NCBI GenBank assembly: GCA_963847185.1
Contig: CAWJYV010000010.1
Coordinates: forward strand, 384,001 to 448,000
Length of the DNA: 64,000 nt
Reading direction: 5' to 3'
DNA from: an uncultured Methanosarcinaceae archaeon
GTDB taxonomy: Archaea > Halobacteriota > Methanosarcinia > Methanosarcinales > Methanosarcinaceae
Position numbers and translations under genes: made by a program. The first letter of the stretch is position 1. The number at the start of each line of letters is the position of its first letter. The notes under the pieces were generated by a model. That model searched no databases. It saw only the letters and a program-made list of their open reading frames with translations, and was not told where the DNA came from. Positions 11,051 to 21,966 of this stretch are shown here, piece by piece.

Positions 11051-11277
11051 TTTAGAACCCTTGACTCATTACTTTTTTATCTGGGAAATTTGAGGTATTC
11101 TCTTTATGTGACTAGTGAACCTTATTTTCAAAAAGGTTTTTAATGGCATCATTTTTGCAGGAGACAGTAATTCAAATCCTTTTTAGTAAATATTGCTCTT
11201 AAATTGTCAGAATGTTTATCTAACAGATCCAGCAAAAAGCTTCAATTATTTATGTATTTTTACTTGTCACAAAAGAA

Positions 11278-11976
11278 TCAATTATCGCCTGGAAAAATTT
11301 CTCTTTTTATCTGTTTTTCTGGTACTTCCAGCTCCCTTAAAAGAGAGATCATGGACTCTACCATTTTCGCTGGGCCGCATGTAAAAAATGTACAGCCCAG
11401 GTAATCTGGTATAGATTTTTTGACCATTTCGGCATTGATCCTTCCTGTAATCCCCTTCCAATCGGGTCCTGGTCTGGTGATTGTATTAATTACTTTTATG
11501 TTGGGATGCTCCTTCTTCACAAGTTCCAGTTCTTCCCTGAAAGCTATATCGGTTTCGCTGCTGTTGGAGTAAAGCAGAGTTATATTAACGCTGATCTTCT
11601 TATCGATCGAATATTTGATCATGCTTCTCAGTGGAGTTATGCCTATACCTCCTGAGAGCATGCCTATATTGTTACACTCTTCCTGAAAGGTGAACATTCC
11701 ATAAGGCCCGTTTATTGAAACTTTATCTCCTGGCTTCAGTTCTGCCAGAGCATTTGAAAAAGGATGGCCTGTCAGCTTCTTAGTTATCTCAAGAAAGTCT
11801 TCTGTAGGGCTGCTGGATAAGGTAAAAGGTTTTTTCATCTGGTTAGGGCCGTCGCCCAGAATCAGGACTATGTACTGGCCTGGAAGATAATTGAACTCCG
11901 AGGGTTTTTCAAATCTGACGCTCTTTACATCAGGTGTTCTCTGAATAACCTCAATCACATTGGTTTCAAAAGGCAT
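11278..11976 (-). CDS. FAD/NAD(P)-binding oxidoreductase (ferredoxin-NADP reductase fold, no Fe-S domain)
   Basis: YLPGQY, KPFTLSSSP, GPYG, SGGIGITP and TCGP motifs. Confidence 0.88.
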   Translation of the reverse strand: MPFETNVIEVIQRTPDVKSVRFEKPSEFNYLPGQYIVLILGDGPNQMKKPFTLSSSPTEDFLEITKKLTGHPFSNALAELKPGDKVSINGPYGMFTFQEECNNIGMLSGGIGITPLRSMIKYSIDKKISVNITLLYSNSSETDIAFREELELVKKEHPNIKVINTITRPGPDWKGITGRINAEMVKKSIPDYLGCTFFTCGPAKMVESMISLLRELEVPEKQIKREIFPGDN

Positions 11977-12194
11977 TTTTCCTCAACACTATCAGCTATT
12001 TGAAAATTGTATATTTTTATAAATTAAATAAGTTAATATATAAAAGAGTTTGTAAATAAGTCAATATATAAAAAAGTTTATTTTCATCTCTTAACTGATG
12101 GTGAAAAAAATTAGACAGTATAAGTAAAAATACACGCTTATTTTCATAAACTATGGTTAATTCCTTATTTCCTCCACCAATCCAAAAAAAAATA

Positions 12195-12274
12195 AACCAC
12201 TGAAGGCGCGGAAAACACGGAATAAAGCGAACAAAGGCACAATTTCTTCAGCGCTTTCAGCGTTTTCCGCGGTT
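12195..12274. repeat. REP-like imperfect palindromic element
   Basis: AACCACTGAAGGCGCGGAAAACACGGAA...TTCAGCGCTTTCAGCGTTTTCCGCGGTT, with 9-nt periodicity and inverted symmetry. Confidence 0.6.
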
Positions 12275-12431
12275 AGAGAAACAAAAGCATATTTTTCTGT
12301 GCCCTTGAAAGTGAGGAAACTTAAATTTCCTGGCTGGTGAAGGTATTTTCCCTATATCCTGCAGTTAAGTGTAAATATTTATGTCAAAAACTATAGTTTA
12401 TTTTTCAATTGAAATTGTTTTGTGATTTGAA

Positions 12432-13658
12432 TTATTTGAATAATTTATTAATTGTAAAAGTAGCACTTGAGAGATGATCTTCCTTTACACTTCCAGCGCC
12501 TCCTGATCCGAAATGGCTGGCGAGCCAATTATAAAATCTCTTCGATAATTTTACACCTATTATGTCAACATATTTGTAAAACAGATAACTCAAAGGTAAT
12601 ATTAAAAGTAGAGACACGAGACATGAAATTAAAACAGCCGCTCCATATGGTAATAGTGGGTGCAGGAACAGGAATAATGCAGAGGTGAAAGTGCTCACCA
12701 CCAGGAAATGTATCAGGTACAGGGAGTAGGAGATTTTTCCGAGGAACACCGGCACAGGGGAAGAAAAAAAGTTTTGCAGCCTGTGGCTGTTTAATAAAAC
12801 ATACATAATCATGCCTGCGCCTGTAATATGATAGGTCAGCTTTGGTGTCGGGAAGATGCCGTTATTGAGAAAACCGTATAAAGAATCAGCTGTCACGGTG
12901 CCAATGGGATATGACCCGATAAACAGGCCCGAAAATAGTATAATGGACAATATTATTTTGTTGCTTGTTTTAAGCATCGGCTTCTTACTGTTGAATATGT
13001 CAGCGAACACCATTCCTATTATGAAAGCCAGATAATAAGAGTTGAAGAGAAGGACGGCTGCTGCCAGGTAGAATGTCCAGCGGGTACGTTGCGATCCGAA
13101 CAGAAATGATATTGCGAAAACAAGCATAGATCCATAAAATTCTGTTGTCATCGTCCACAGGACCGGATTATAGGTGTCAGCACCCGTAAAAAACGATCCC
13201 CACACTGCTTCTTTAATTGCATCGACCAGGTTTGGCGTAAAAGTCCAGTAATTGGCATAATTATTATTTCCGGAAACCGTTACAGCTTCGATATAATAAT
13301 GAAATAAGCCGGTTGATGCTATTAGATACGCTAACATTATTGCTGAGAATACAGGAATAAACAATCTTATGTATCGGCGCACTGCACTACTTACTATTAT
13401 TTTTTTGTCCTTCGTTAAAAAGTATTTTTGAGTTAGTACGTAACCACTCAGAACGAAGAAGATACATACCGAAAAGTTACCAGCGCCAATCAGTCCCAGG
13501 GGCGTGCCCGAAAAAAGGAGTTCAAAATTTCCAAGATGCAACGGCATCCGATTACCGTAAATCATTGCCGGGGCTAATACAATAAAGAAATGCATTATCA
13601 TAACATTAACCGCAGCTATACCGCGTAGCCCATCAAGATAGGTGATCTTTCCGGTCAT
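12432..13658 (-). CDS. Membrane O-acyltransferase (acyltransferase-3/OafA family)
   Basis: YLDGLRGIAA, IFFVLSGYV, RRYIRL, LWTMTTEF and GKISYSLYLIH motifs; ATG 13658 preferred as start. Confidence 0.9.
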   Translation of the reverse strand: MTGKITYLDGLRGIAAVNVMIMHFFIVLAPAMIYGNRMPLHLGNFELLFSGTPLGLIGAGNFSVCIFFVLSGYVLTQKYFLTKDKKIIVSSAVRRYIRLFIPVFSAIMLAYLIASTGLFHYYIEAVTVSGNNNYANYWTFTPNLVDAIKEAVWGSFFTGADTYNPVLWTMTTEFYGSMLVFAISFLFGSQRTRWTFYLAAAVLLFNSYYLAFIIGMVFADIFNSKKPMLKTSNKIILSIILFSGLFIGSYPIGTVTADSLYGFLNNGIFPTPKLTYHITGAGMIMYVLLNSHRLQNFFSSPVPVFLGKISYSLYLIHFLVVSTFTSALFLFLHPLLPYGAAVLISCLVSLLLILPLSYLFYKYVDIIGVKLSKRFYNWLASHFGSGGAGSVKEDHLSSATFTINKLFK

Positions 13659-13900
13659 TTTATCTCTCAAAGGATATTCCAAAGTGAAATAAGTCTTTCC
13701 ATTTGTTTTAATCAAGTCTTTCCATTTGTTTTAAGTAAGTAATGTGGAAAATAACAACCAGCAAAAAAGGAGGTTTCATGATAGCGTTGATAAATTAGTT
13801 TTCCACCCCTCGGTAGGTAACTGAATATATGGAAAAAATTAAACAAGCGGTTGGAAACAATATATCATTAAATCAAAAAAGAGAATAGATTGTCAGATAA

Positions 13901-14368
13901 TTAGATATTATCCAACAGAGAGTTTTCTCCTAATCTCGGCAAATACCCTTCTTTATATAAGGCAATTTTATAGTTATTTATTGCTTTGCATAACTTGTGA
14001 GTATGATTTATACAATTTTGACCTATTTCTCCTTTAAACAACAGTTTTTCTGCCCTATCAAAGTATTCTGGCGATAGATATATCATTTGTGCTTTCGTGT
14101 GCAGGAACATAACTGCAAAGTTTCTGTGAATGTTCATACTTATTCTAAGCAGTTCAGTATGCAGCTTGCTTTCAGGAAGATGGGGTGTAAATTTAAAAAG
14201 TGTATAAAAATCTGCAATTTCCTTGTTCAAAGAATGAAGAATTAAATGCAGTGCGTTGTCCGTTTTAGGGAAAGGAATATCCGTAAAATCCAGAAGTTTA
14301 ACATCTAGGGTTTCTTCTTCGATATTGTTTTTATCTTTGGGGTTGTTCGGGTTTATTTTTATCACCAT
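13901..14368 (-). CDS. Hypothetical protein, paralog of 50583-51035
   Basis: Shared motifs IPxPKTDN, SLNxxIADFYTL, IHRxFAVxFLHTK, LLFKGE and YKIALxxEGYLP. Confidence 0.75.
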   Translation of the reverse strand: MVIKINPNNPKDKNNIEEETLDVKLLDFTDIPFPKTDNALHLILHSLNKEIADFYTLFKFTPHLPESKLHTELLRISMNIHRNFAVMFLHTKAQMIYLSPEYFDRAEKLLFKGEIGQNCINHTHKLCKAINNYKIALYKEGYLPRLGENSLLDNI

Positions 14369-14945
14369 AGAATGATGTTTATGGTAGGATAATCTGGTGG
14401 CTTCTGTTAATACAAATGGTTTTAGAACATACTTATCAACTAGGGATGTTGTAAGAGTGTCTATTGATTTGATTTTATTGTACCAATCAGCTTAAAGAAG
14501 TTGCAGGTAGAAAATTAAACGCTCCGTTTTCCATTGCAAATCTAGCCTTATGGATCAAACTTCATTAGTGAGACCCGGTATACCTCCATCAATTAAGTAT
14601 GGAGAATGAATTCTGTTTTGAGAGGCACATCACCAATTTAGTATGACACTTGAATTGTTATCATGTATATGTATAAAAAGATTTACCACTTTAAAACAGT
14701 ATAAATATATTAATGATTTATCCGCCGCTCAGACTCTCAAATAAAAAACAGATGTTCTCTATCCGAACAGTAATTATCAAGTTCTATTTTGATCCACACG
14801 AGGCCACAGCAATAAGCAGCTGCAATCCCGTAGTACATTGTCAGGATTCTCGACTCTTTTTAGAGCATCTTTCAGCTTTTTCTCGGAATTTATTACATCT
14901 TCGATTCAAGCCATGTATAAATAAAAAAGGATGAAGGTATATTAA

Positions 14946-15194
14946 TTAACTCTCCAGGTCTCCGACGGGAACACTGATTACTCTGTCTTCTAGCCAGATT
15001 CTGTAATTTTCAGAAATTAAGCAGCCTTCTTCTTTTGTGAATGTTGAAGAGTGCTTATAATAATCTAATTTTACAGTGTCAAGGGTTTCCTTATAGAGTC
15101 CGCATTCTTTGAATTTTTTATTAATATAAACATCGAATGTGCCGTCGTCGTGGAGGATGAAGTGAGTTGTTTTGTTGGTATATTTTCTGGGCAT
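14946..15194 (-). CDS. Small hypothetical protein
   Basis: 82-aa ORF with RBS GGTGA before the ATG. Confidence 0.5.
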   Translation of the reverse strand: MPRKYTNKTTHFILHDDGTFDVYINKKFKECGLYKETLDTVKLDYYKHSSTFTKEEGCLISENYRIWLEDRVISVPVGDLES

Positions 15195-15643
15195 GATGGA
15201 TCACCGATTTTGATATTAGATAACTGCATATCTGAGTTTTAAACTTCATGCAGAATCTTATTCATAGGGTTTCATTTATAGGGTTTCAATTATGGATTTT
15301 ATTCACGGGCTGTATTCATGCATAGGGATTTTATTCAGAAATTTTTATTCATAGGGTTCGTGTTCATGCATGAGATACTATTTTTGATGTTGACTTATTT
15401 CAAGTATATATTATCTTCTATTTTTATAATTCTCATAGCATTTAAATTTATAACAGACAAAAATAATGGCAAAACAGAAGTTCCAGTAAGCGACAACAGG
15501 ATACTTTTTTAATATTGCATCTGTCTTCAAAATTGGTCGGTTTTCGGAATCGGTTGAATACATCTGATCATGATGGCACAGAAAGAACATATAATCACAT
15601 ATAGTATTACTTGATCTTTTGAAACAAACATTTTAATAACACT

Positions 15644-15716
15644 TTTTTTTAGGAAAGTATATATAGAAAAATCGTTTTAAGTATATCATTCTTAATAATC
15701 GTATGAAAAATATTAC
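15644..15716 (+). promoter_or_regulatory. BRE/TATA promoter plus candidate operator of binding protein 1
   Basis: TTTTTTTAGGAAAGTATATATAG block, also found at 17767; followed by TTAATA-N13-TATTAC. Confidence 0.6.
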
Positions 15717-15836
15717 AATAATAGTGCTTTTAACTAGAAAAGTATTATTGACTGCCCTCTATAATTGGGAAAATACTGGTTCAGAAAGCACTGTAAGAAT
15801 CATGAAGATTCTGATTAAAATTGAGGAGGAATTTAG

Positions 15837-17522
15837 ATTAAGAAAAACCAGCAGTATTTATTTAAGGGATCAGTAGTCGCAATTATAGCGGCTATTGTTC
15901 TTATAAGTTCTATATCAGGTTGTGTATCCAATTCTGCGTCAGATAACTCGACTTCGCACGTTTCTGATGAACAGGTAAATTCCCAGGGTTCTGATAAACT
16001 GGTAGAATCAGCAGGTTCTGATGAGTTGATAGCAGCCATAGGGACCCATGGAGGGGAACCGGAAGCAGGGTTTAACCCTATCACAGGATGGGGGTACAGT
16101 CGTGAACCCCTGGTTCAGAGTACTCTTTTCAAAAAAGACAGCAAGGCAAATCTGATAAATGATTTGGCCACAAATTATTCTGTCAGCAGTGACGGATTAA
16201 AGTGGACTGTTAAAATAAGAAACGATGTTAAATTTCATGATGGTGTGCCTTTAACAGCCGAAGATGTAGCATTCACATTTAACACGGCAGCAAATGCTGG
16301 CAGTGTGGACTTATCCGTGCTGGAAAAGGCTGAAGCAATCGATAATTATACGATTGAATCCGAATTAGGTGATCCTCAGGCTACTTTTATTAATAAACTT
16401 GCAGCAATTGGCATCGTCCCTGAACATGCTTACAATGAATCTTATGGTGAAAACCCTATAGGATCAGGCCCATACAAATTCGTGCAGTGGGATAAAGGTC
16501 AGCAGGCAATCTTTGAAGCAAATCCAGATTATTATGGCCAAAAACCGTATTTTAAAAAGATAACCATGCTCTTTATGGGATCGGACGCTGCTTTTGCGGC
16601 AGCTAAGTCTGGACAAATTGATCTGGCTGAAATTCCTGCTTCATATGCCAATCAAACAGTAGATGGGATGAAGATAGTATCTCTGGATTCTATTGATGCT
16701 CGTGGGATAAGCTTCCCGATGAATCCGGATAAGGGCAAAAAAACTGAAAACGGCGATTCAATCGGAAATAACGTAACTTCTGACCCTGCAATAAGAAAAG
16801 CCCTGAACATCGGGATAGACAGGCAGACACTAATCAAAGGAGCCTTAAATGGGCAGGGTAAAGAAGAATTTACAGGTGTAGATAAATTACCCTGGGGTAA
16901 TAAAGAAGCTATTTTCGAAGACGGGAATATAGAGGAAGCAAAGAAAACTTTAGCCGACGGTGGCTGGAAAGATACTGATGGCGACGGTATTGTTGAGAAA
17001 AATGGTTTAAAAGCCGAGTTTACTTTAACGTATCCTTCTAGTGCACAGGAAAGACAAGCTTTAGCCGTTTCCTTAGGTGAGGAAGCTAAAAAACTGGGTA
17101 TAAACATTAAAGTCGAGGGTAAAAGCTGGGATGAAATTTACACCCTTTGCTCTTCTACTCCAAATGTCTGGGGTTACGGTTCGCTGGATCCGACTGACAT
17201 ATACTTAAGATACTACAGTAAGAGTTACGATCCCTCAACTCATAACAACGCAATAATGTACAATAATTCTGTTGTGGATAATTACCTGAGAACAGCCATA
17301 GCCAGTTCTGACCAGGATACTGCTATTAAAAACTGGCAGCTGGCTGCCTGGGATGGAACAACAGGATATTCAGAAAAAGGAGATGCTGCGTGGATGTGGA
17401 TGGCAACCATTAATTACACATTCATAATGGATGATGACATCGACATCGGAACTCCAAAGATACAGCCCCACGGCGCAGATATCTTCGGAAATATTTTAGA
17501 GTGGAAGCGCACAGAAAATTAA
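15837..17522 (+). CDS. ABC substrate-binding lipoprotein, family 5 (Ni/peptide), copy 1
   Basis: KFHDGVPLTAEDVAFT and PIGSGPYKF motifs. The signal peptide with lipobox SG-C is encoded only from ATT 15837 behind GAGGAGGA. Confidence 0.92.
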   Translation: MKKNQQYLFKGSVVAIIAAIVLISSISGCVSNSASDNSTSHVSDEQVNSQGSDKLVESAGSDELIAAIGTHGGEPEAGFNPITGWGYSREPLVQSTLFKKDSKANLINDLATNYSVSSDGLKWTVKIRNDVKFHDGVPLTAEDVAFTFNTAANAGSVDLSVLEKAEAIDNYTIESELGDPQATFINKLAAIGIVPEHAYNESYGENPIGSGPYKFVQWDKGQQAIFEANPDYYGQKPYFKKITMLFMGSDAAFAAAKSGQIDLAEIPASYANQTVDGMKIVSLDSIDARGISFPMNPDKGKKTENGDSIGNNVTSDPAIRKALNIGIDRQTLIKGALNGQGKEEFTGVDKLPWGNKEAIFEDGNIEEAKKTLADGGWKDTDGDGIVEKNGLKAEFTLTYPSSAQERQALAVSLGEEAKKLGINIKVEGKSWDEIYTLCSSTPNVWGYGSLDPTDIYLRYYSKSYDPSTHNNAIMYNNSVVDNYLRTAIASSDQDTAIKNWQLAAWDGTTGYSEKGDAAWMWMATINYTFIMDDDIDIGTPKIQPHGADIFGNILEWKRTEN

Positions 17523-17766
17523 ACAGGGAGCTTAAATTCAACTTAAACTCCCATTTTTTTTCTTTTTAATATTGTTTAGCTTTAAGCCTCAGTTTATGAT
17601 GTAATAATGAACTCTTCCAGCAATTATTTTGCCTCTAATATTCCTCAGAAACCATCAAAGTTATACATATTTTTAGCATTCAATAGCAGCTGATAAATAG
17701 TCAGATATGAGTAAAAACTTACATTTCGTGCTACAATATTTCAAAAATAATGGATTTAGTAACATA

Positions 17767-17839
17767 TTTTTTTAGGAAAGTATATATAGTAAAATTGTTT
17801 TAATTCAAGATATCTTAACAATTTAGTAAAAAATAACAC
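17767..17839 (+). promoter_or_regulatory. BRE/TATA promoter plus candidate operator of binding protein 2
   Basis: Same block as 15644, followed by TTAACA-N13-TAACAC. Confidence 0.6.
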
Positions 17840-17970
17840 TTTATTAGCATTTTAATTTACGAAGATAATATTTAAAGATATATTCGATAATTATCGATCA
17901 TTACAACACCGGAAAAGAGGATTTTGTCAAATAATTTAGAGTTTTGAGTGAAAATCGAGGAGGAGTTCAG

Positions 17971-19689
17971 ATTAAGAAAAACCAGAAATATTTGCCTATA
18001 TTGTCAATAATCGCAATCATAGCAATTGTTGGCATTATCAGTTCTATATCCGGCTGTTTATCCGGTTCTATGCAAAGTTCCGAGCTTGGTTCTGCATCAA
18101 ATTCGGAATCAGGCTCTTCATCAGGTTCTGCATCGGACAGCTCGATTTCCCAGGCTTCAGATGAACTGGTAGTTAATGTATATTCGCATACCGGAGAACC
18201 AGAAGCAGGATTTGATCCTCTTCTTGGACGGGGATGCGGGCATGTGAATTTTGAGCCATTGATACAGAGTACTCTTTTCAAATCAGCTGATGATGGCAGT
18301 ATGATAAATGATCTTGCTACAGGTTATTCTGTCAGTCCTGATGGGAAGACATGGACTGTAAATGTAAGAGATGATGTCAAATTCACAGACGGAGAGAAGT
18401 TAACAGCTGAAGACGTAGCTTTTACATTTAATACGGCAATTGGAAGCAATTCTGAACTGGATATGAGTAATCTTGAAAATGCTACAGCAATAAATGATAC
18501 GGCAGTTGAATTCAAACTAAAAGAACCCCAGTCCAGCCTTATCTGGAGACTCAGATACGTTGGAATTGTGCCTGCACATGCATATACTAAAGAAACCTAC
18601 GGATCAAATCCAATAGGATCAGGACCATATAAACTGGTTCAGTGGGACAAAGGCCAGCAGGCTATATTCGAGTTAAACGAAGGTTACTATGGGAAAAAGC
18701 CTTTCTTCAAAAAAATAACCCTGCTATTCCTGGATAAAGAAACCGCATTTGCAGCCGCAAAATCCGGCGATGTGGACATAGCTGAAATTGACATAAACCA
18801 TGCAAATCAAACAGTAAAAGGATATAACTTAATATCTCTTCCGGCAGCAAGGGCATTTGGTGTTTCATTCCCTATGCAGTATAAAACAGGTAACAAAAGC
18901 CCGAGCGAAGACCCGATAGGCAACAATGTAACAGCAGATGTAGCGATTCGAAAGGCTTTAAACATAGGCATTGACAGAAAAGCCATACTTGAAGGAGTAC
19001 TGTATGGAAAAGGGGATGTAGAATACACAGGCGTGGATCAAAGAGAATTTGGAAACCCTGAAGCAAAAATAACTGATTCTAATCCAGAAGAAGCTGTTAA
19101 AATACTTGAAGAGGCAAGCTGGAAAGACAGCGATGGAGATGGAATTAGGGAAAAAGACGGGACTAAAGCAGAATTTGACCTTTATTATTCTTCATCGGAC
19201 CAAACAAGGCAGGCTCTTTCAGTGGCTGTAAGCGAACAGGCCAAAAAATTAGGCATAAAAATAAACCTTGTAGGCACAAACTGGGATGAAATATATGCTA
19301 ATCAGTACAGTTCAGCCGTATTATATGCTTACAGCAGTATAGATACTTTCAATTTATACCTGCAGTACCACACTAAAGAAGCTGATGACACATACAAAAA
19401 TCCAGGTCTTTACAGTAATCCTGTTGTAGATGAGTATCTGGAAAAAGCTTTGAGATCTCCAGACCAGGACCAGGCTACAAAATACTGGCAATTAGCCGCA
19501 TATGATGGAAAAACCGGTTATGGGCCTGCAGGAGACGCAACGTGGTTATGGCTGGTGACAATGGACTATCTGTATACTGTAGATGAAACCATAGATATAG
19601 GGACTCCACAAAAAAATGCTGGGTCTGATATTTTAGGAAATATCTATGAATGGACAAGAATAGATGCAACCAATTCGACTTCAAAGTGA
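17971..19689 (+). CDS. ABC substrate-binding lipoprotein, family 5 (Ni/peptide), copy 2
   Basis: Paralog of copy 1; RBS GAGGAGGA then ATT AAG AAA AAC CAG; lipobox SG-C. Confidence 0.92.
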   Translation: MKKNQKYLPILSIIAIIAIVGIISSISGCLSGSMQSSELGSASNSESGSSSGSASDSSISQASDELVVNVYSHTGEPEAGFDPLLGRGCGHVNFEPLIQSTLFKSADDGSMINDLATGYSVSPDGKTWTVNVRDDVKFTDGEKLTAEDVAFTFNTAIGSNSELDMSNLENATAINDTAVEFKLKEPQSSLIWRLRYVGIVPAHAYTKETYGSNPIGSGPYKLVQWDKGQQAIFELNEGYYGKKPFFKKITLLFLDKETAFAAAKSGDVDIAEIDINHANQTVKGYNLISLPAARAFGVSFPMQYKTGNKSPSEDPIGNNVTADVAIRKALNIGIDRKAILEGVLYGKGDVEYTGVDQREFGNPEAKITDSNPEEAVKILEEASWKDSDGDGIREKDGTKAEFDLYYSSSDQTRQALSVAVSEQAKKLGIKINLVGTNWDEIYANQYSSAVLYAYSSIDTFNLYLQYHTKEADDTYKNPGLYSNPVVDEYLEKALRSPDQDQATKYWQLAAYDGKTGYGPAGDATWLWLVTMDYLYTVDETIDIGTPQKNAGSDILGNIYEWTRIDATNSTSK

Positions 19690-19976
19690 ATGATGTAAAA
19701 TGAGTGATATCATCATTCTATGATGAAATTTGAAGTCAGGTTAGAGACATGAAGTCAAGTGATGAGATAATGAATAAATTGATGTTATAAATATCACTCA
19801 TTTTACCTTTTTTGTTTAGAACGGGATGAAAGGAGACAATTGAAAAGAATATAAAGACCATTTCTTTGATTCACTCGTATGAAAATTTTAATAAAAATTA
19901 ACAATTATTATACTTAAAATAAACAATCTTTAACATGATAGTTGACATACAATGATTAATATTCTGAGGTTACAGC

Positions 19977-20969
19977 GTGCTGGACAATGAAAAAATAGCT
20001 GGTTTTATTGGGAAAAAAATGCTCAGGTTGATTAGTCTTTTGCTAGTAGTCTGTTTTGTAAGTTTCATGCTTATTCAATTTTCGCCTATAGATCCTGTCA
20101 GGGCTTACATTGGAGAAATGTCTGTTAGTGCGGAGCATAAAGCTAAACTTGAAGAATACTGGGGAGTTAACACGCCTCCACAGGAAAAATTCCTGAACTG
20201 GGCAGGAGACGCTTTTAAAGGAAACCTGGGAGTCTCATTGATTTACAGGACGCCCGTTACTGACGTAATCAAAGAAAGGTTTACGGCATCTCTTGTTCTC
20301 ATGACGGCTTCATGGCTGTTTTCAGGAATACTGGGTTTCATTTTGGGGATAATAGCTGGAGCAAAAAAAGGGACGTGGATCGATAAGGCAATAAAAACTT
20401 ATTGTTATGTTCTGGCAGCCACACCAACTTTCTGGCTTGCATTGATTCTCTTAATGATATTTTCAGTGTATCTTGGATGGTTCCCCATAGGTCTGAGTGT
20501 ACCTATAGGCGTCACTGCAGAAAATGTGACATTTTTTGATTGGTTCCTGCGTTTAATTCTCCCTGCATTAACTTTGAGTTTGTTAGGAGTTGCTCAAATT
20601 GCGCTGTTTACCCGGGAAAAATTGATAGAAGTCCTATCCAGCGATTATGTATTATTTGCACAGGCAAGAGGAGAAAAAGGACTGGACCTTGTGCTCAGGC
20701 ATGGGATTAGAAATGTTGCGCTTCCGGCTATTACACTGCAGTTTTTAGGGTTCAGCGAATTATTCGGAGGAACAGTCCTGGTGGAACAGGTATTTTCCTA
20801 TCCCGGGATCGGACAGGCCGCGGTAGCAGCAGGTTTAAGATCTGATGTACCTCTGCTATTAGGAATAGTTATTGTCAGTGCCTGCTTTGTCTTTTTTGGG
20901 AACTTATTTGCTGATATTATATACCAGTTTGTCGACCCCAGGATAAAACAACGGGAGGCATCAGTATGA
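19977..20969 (+). CDS. ABC permease (DppB/NikB type)
   Basis: EAA loop DYVLFAQARG...RHGIRN; VEQVFSYPGIG. Confidence 0.93.
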   Translation: MLDNEKIAGFIGKKMLRLISLLLVVCFVSFMLIQFSPIDPVRAYIGEMSVSAEHKAKLEEYWGVNTPPQEKFLNWAGDAFKGNLGVSLIYRTPVTDVIKERFTASLVLMTASWLFSGILGFILGIIAGAKKGTWIDKAIKTYCYVLAATPTFWLALILLMIFSVYLGWFPIGLSVPIGVTAENVTFFDWFLRLILPALTLSLLGVAQIALFTREKLIEVLSSDYVLFAQARGEKGLDLVLRHGIRNVALPAITLQFLGFSELFGGTVLVEQVFSYPGIGQAAVAAGLRSDVPLLLGIVIVSACFVFFGNLFADIIYQFVDPRIKQREASV

Positions 20970-21823
20970 GTACTGCTGTTGTAACAGTTAACAAAGGAGT
21001 ATTTAGAGGTCTTAACTTAAGACAGAAGACCCTTTTAATAATAGGCTTCACATCCCTTCTGCTATTTGCAATTGTAATTTCGAGCATTTTTTTAGGCGAA
21101 GAATCACTGCAAACTAATTTTGGTTCAAAGAACCTTAATCCTTCCCCTGAACATCCTTTCGGGACTGATTGGATGGGGAGGGACATGTTTGTAAGGACTC
21201 TGGAGGGCCTTGGCTTAAGCATACTTATCGGAGCTTTTGCCTCCACAATCAGTACCATACTTGCTATAATTCTGGGCTTGCTTTCAAGCGTAGGGAAGAT
21301 AGCGGATTCTACAATATCCTGGCTGGTAGACCTGTTTCTTTCAATCCCACATCTTCTTTTAATAGTTCTCATTTCCATAGGATTAGGCGGAGGAGCAACA
21401 GGGGTTATTATTGGAGTTGCATTAACACATTGGACAAGTTTAACAAGAGTTGTGAGGGCGGAGATTAAACAGCTGAAAACTCAGGAATATATCCATATTT
21501 CCAGAAATCTTGGTAAATCAAAATGGTGGATAGCTACAAAACATATCTTACCCCATTTAATTCCTCAGATCTTTTTGGGCACTATCCTAATGTTTCCGCA
21601 TGCTATTTTGCATGAAGCTTCAGTAACTTTTCTGGGTTTTGGCCTTTCACCTCATGACCCGGCAATTGGTATTATTTTATCAGAGTCTATGAAATACCTG
21701 TCAGCAGGGTACTGGTGGCTTGCATTCTTCCCGGGCTTATCACTGTTAATTGTAGTCCTAGCGTTTGATATGATAGGAGATAACTTGAGAAAGCTGATGG
21801 ATCCAAAGAGTGCTCATGAATAA
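20966..21823 (+). CDS. ABC permease (DppC/NikC type)
   Basis: HPFGTDWMGRD and EASVTFLGFG; ATGA overlap with the previous gene. Confidence 0.93.
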   Translation: MSTAVVTVNKGVFRGLNLRQKTLLIIGFTSLLLFAIVISSIFLGEESLQTNFGSKNLNPSPEHPFGTDWMGRDMFVRTLEGLGLSILIGAFASTISTILAIILGLLSSVGKIADSTISWLVDLFLSIPHLLLIVLISIGLGGGATGVIIGVALTHWTSLTRVVRAEIKQLKTQEYIHISRNLGKSKWWIATKHILPHLIPQIFLGTILMFPHAILHEASVTFLGFGLSPHDPAIGIILSESMKYLSAGYWWLAFFPGLSLLIVVLAFDMIGDNLRKLMDPKSAHE

Positions 21824-21966
21824 AAAAGTGCTCACGAACAAAAAAGAGTTCATAAACGAAAAAACTTCTCGTGGACAGGTTTTCTGGCTATCTTGAAAGG
21901 GTTTTCTGAAAGCCATAAATTAACAGCAAAATATAGCTCCAAAAATGATGAAACCCGGATTCAAAG

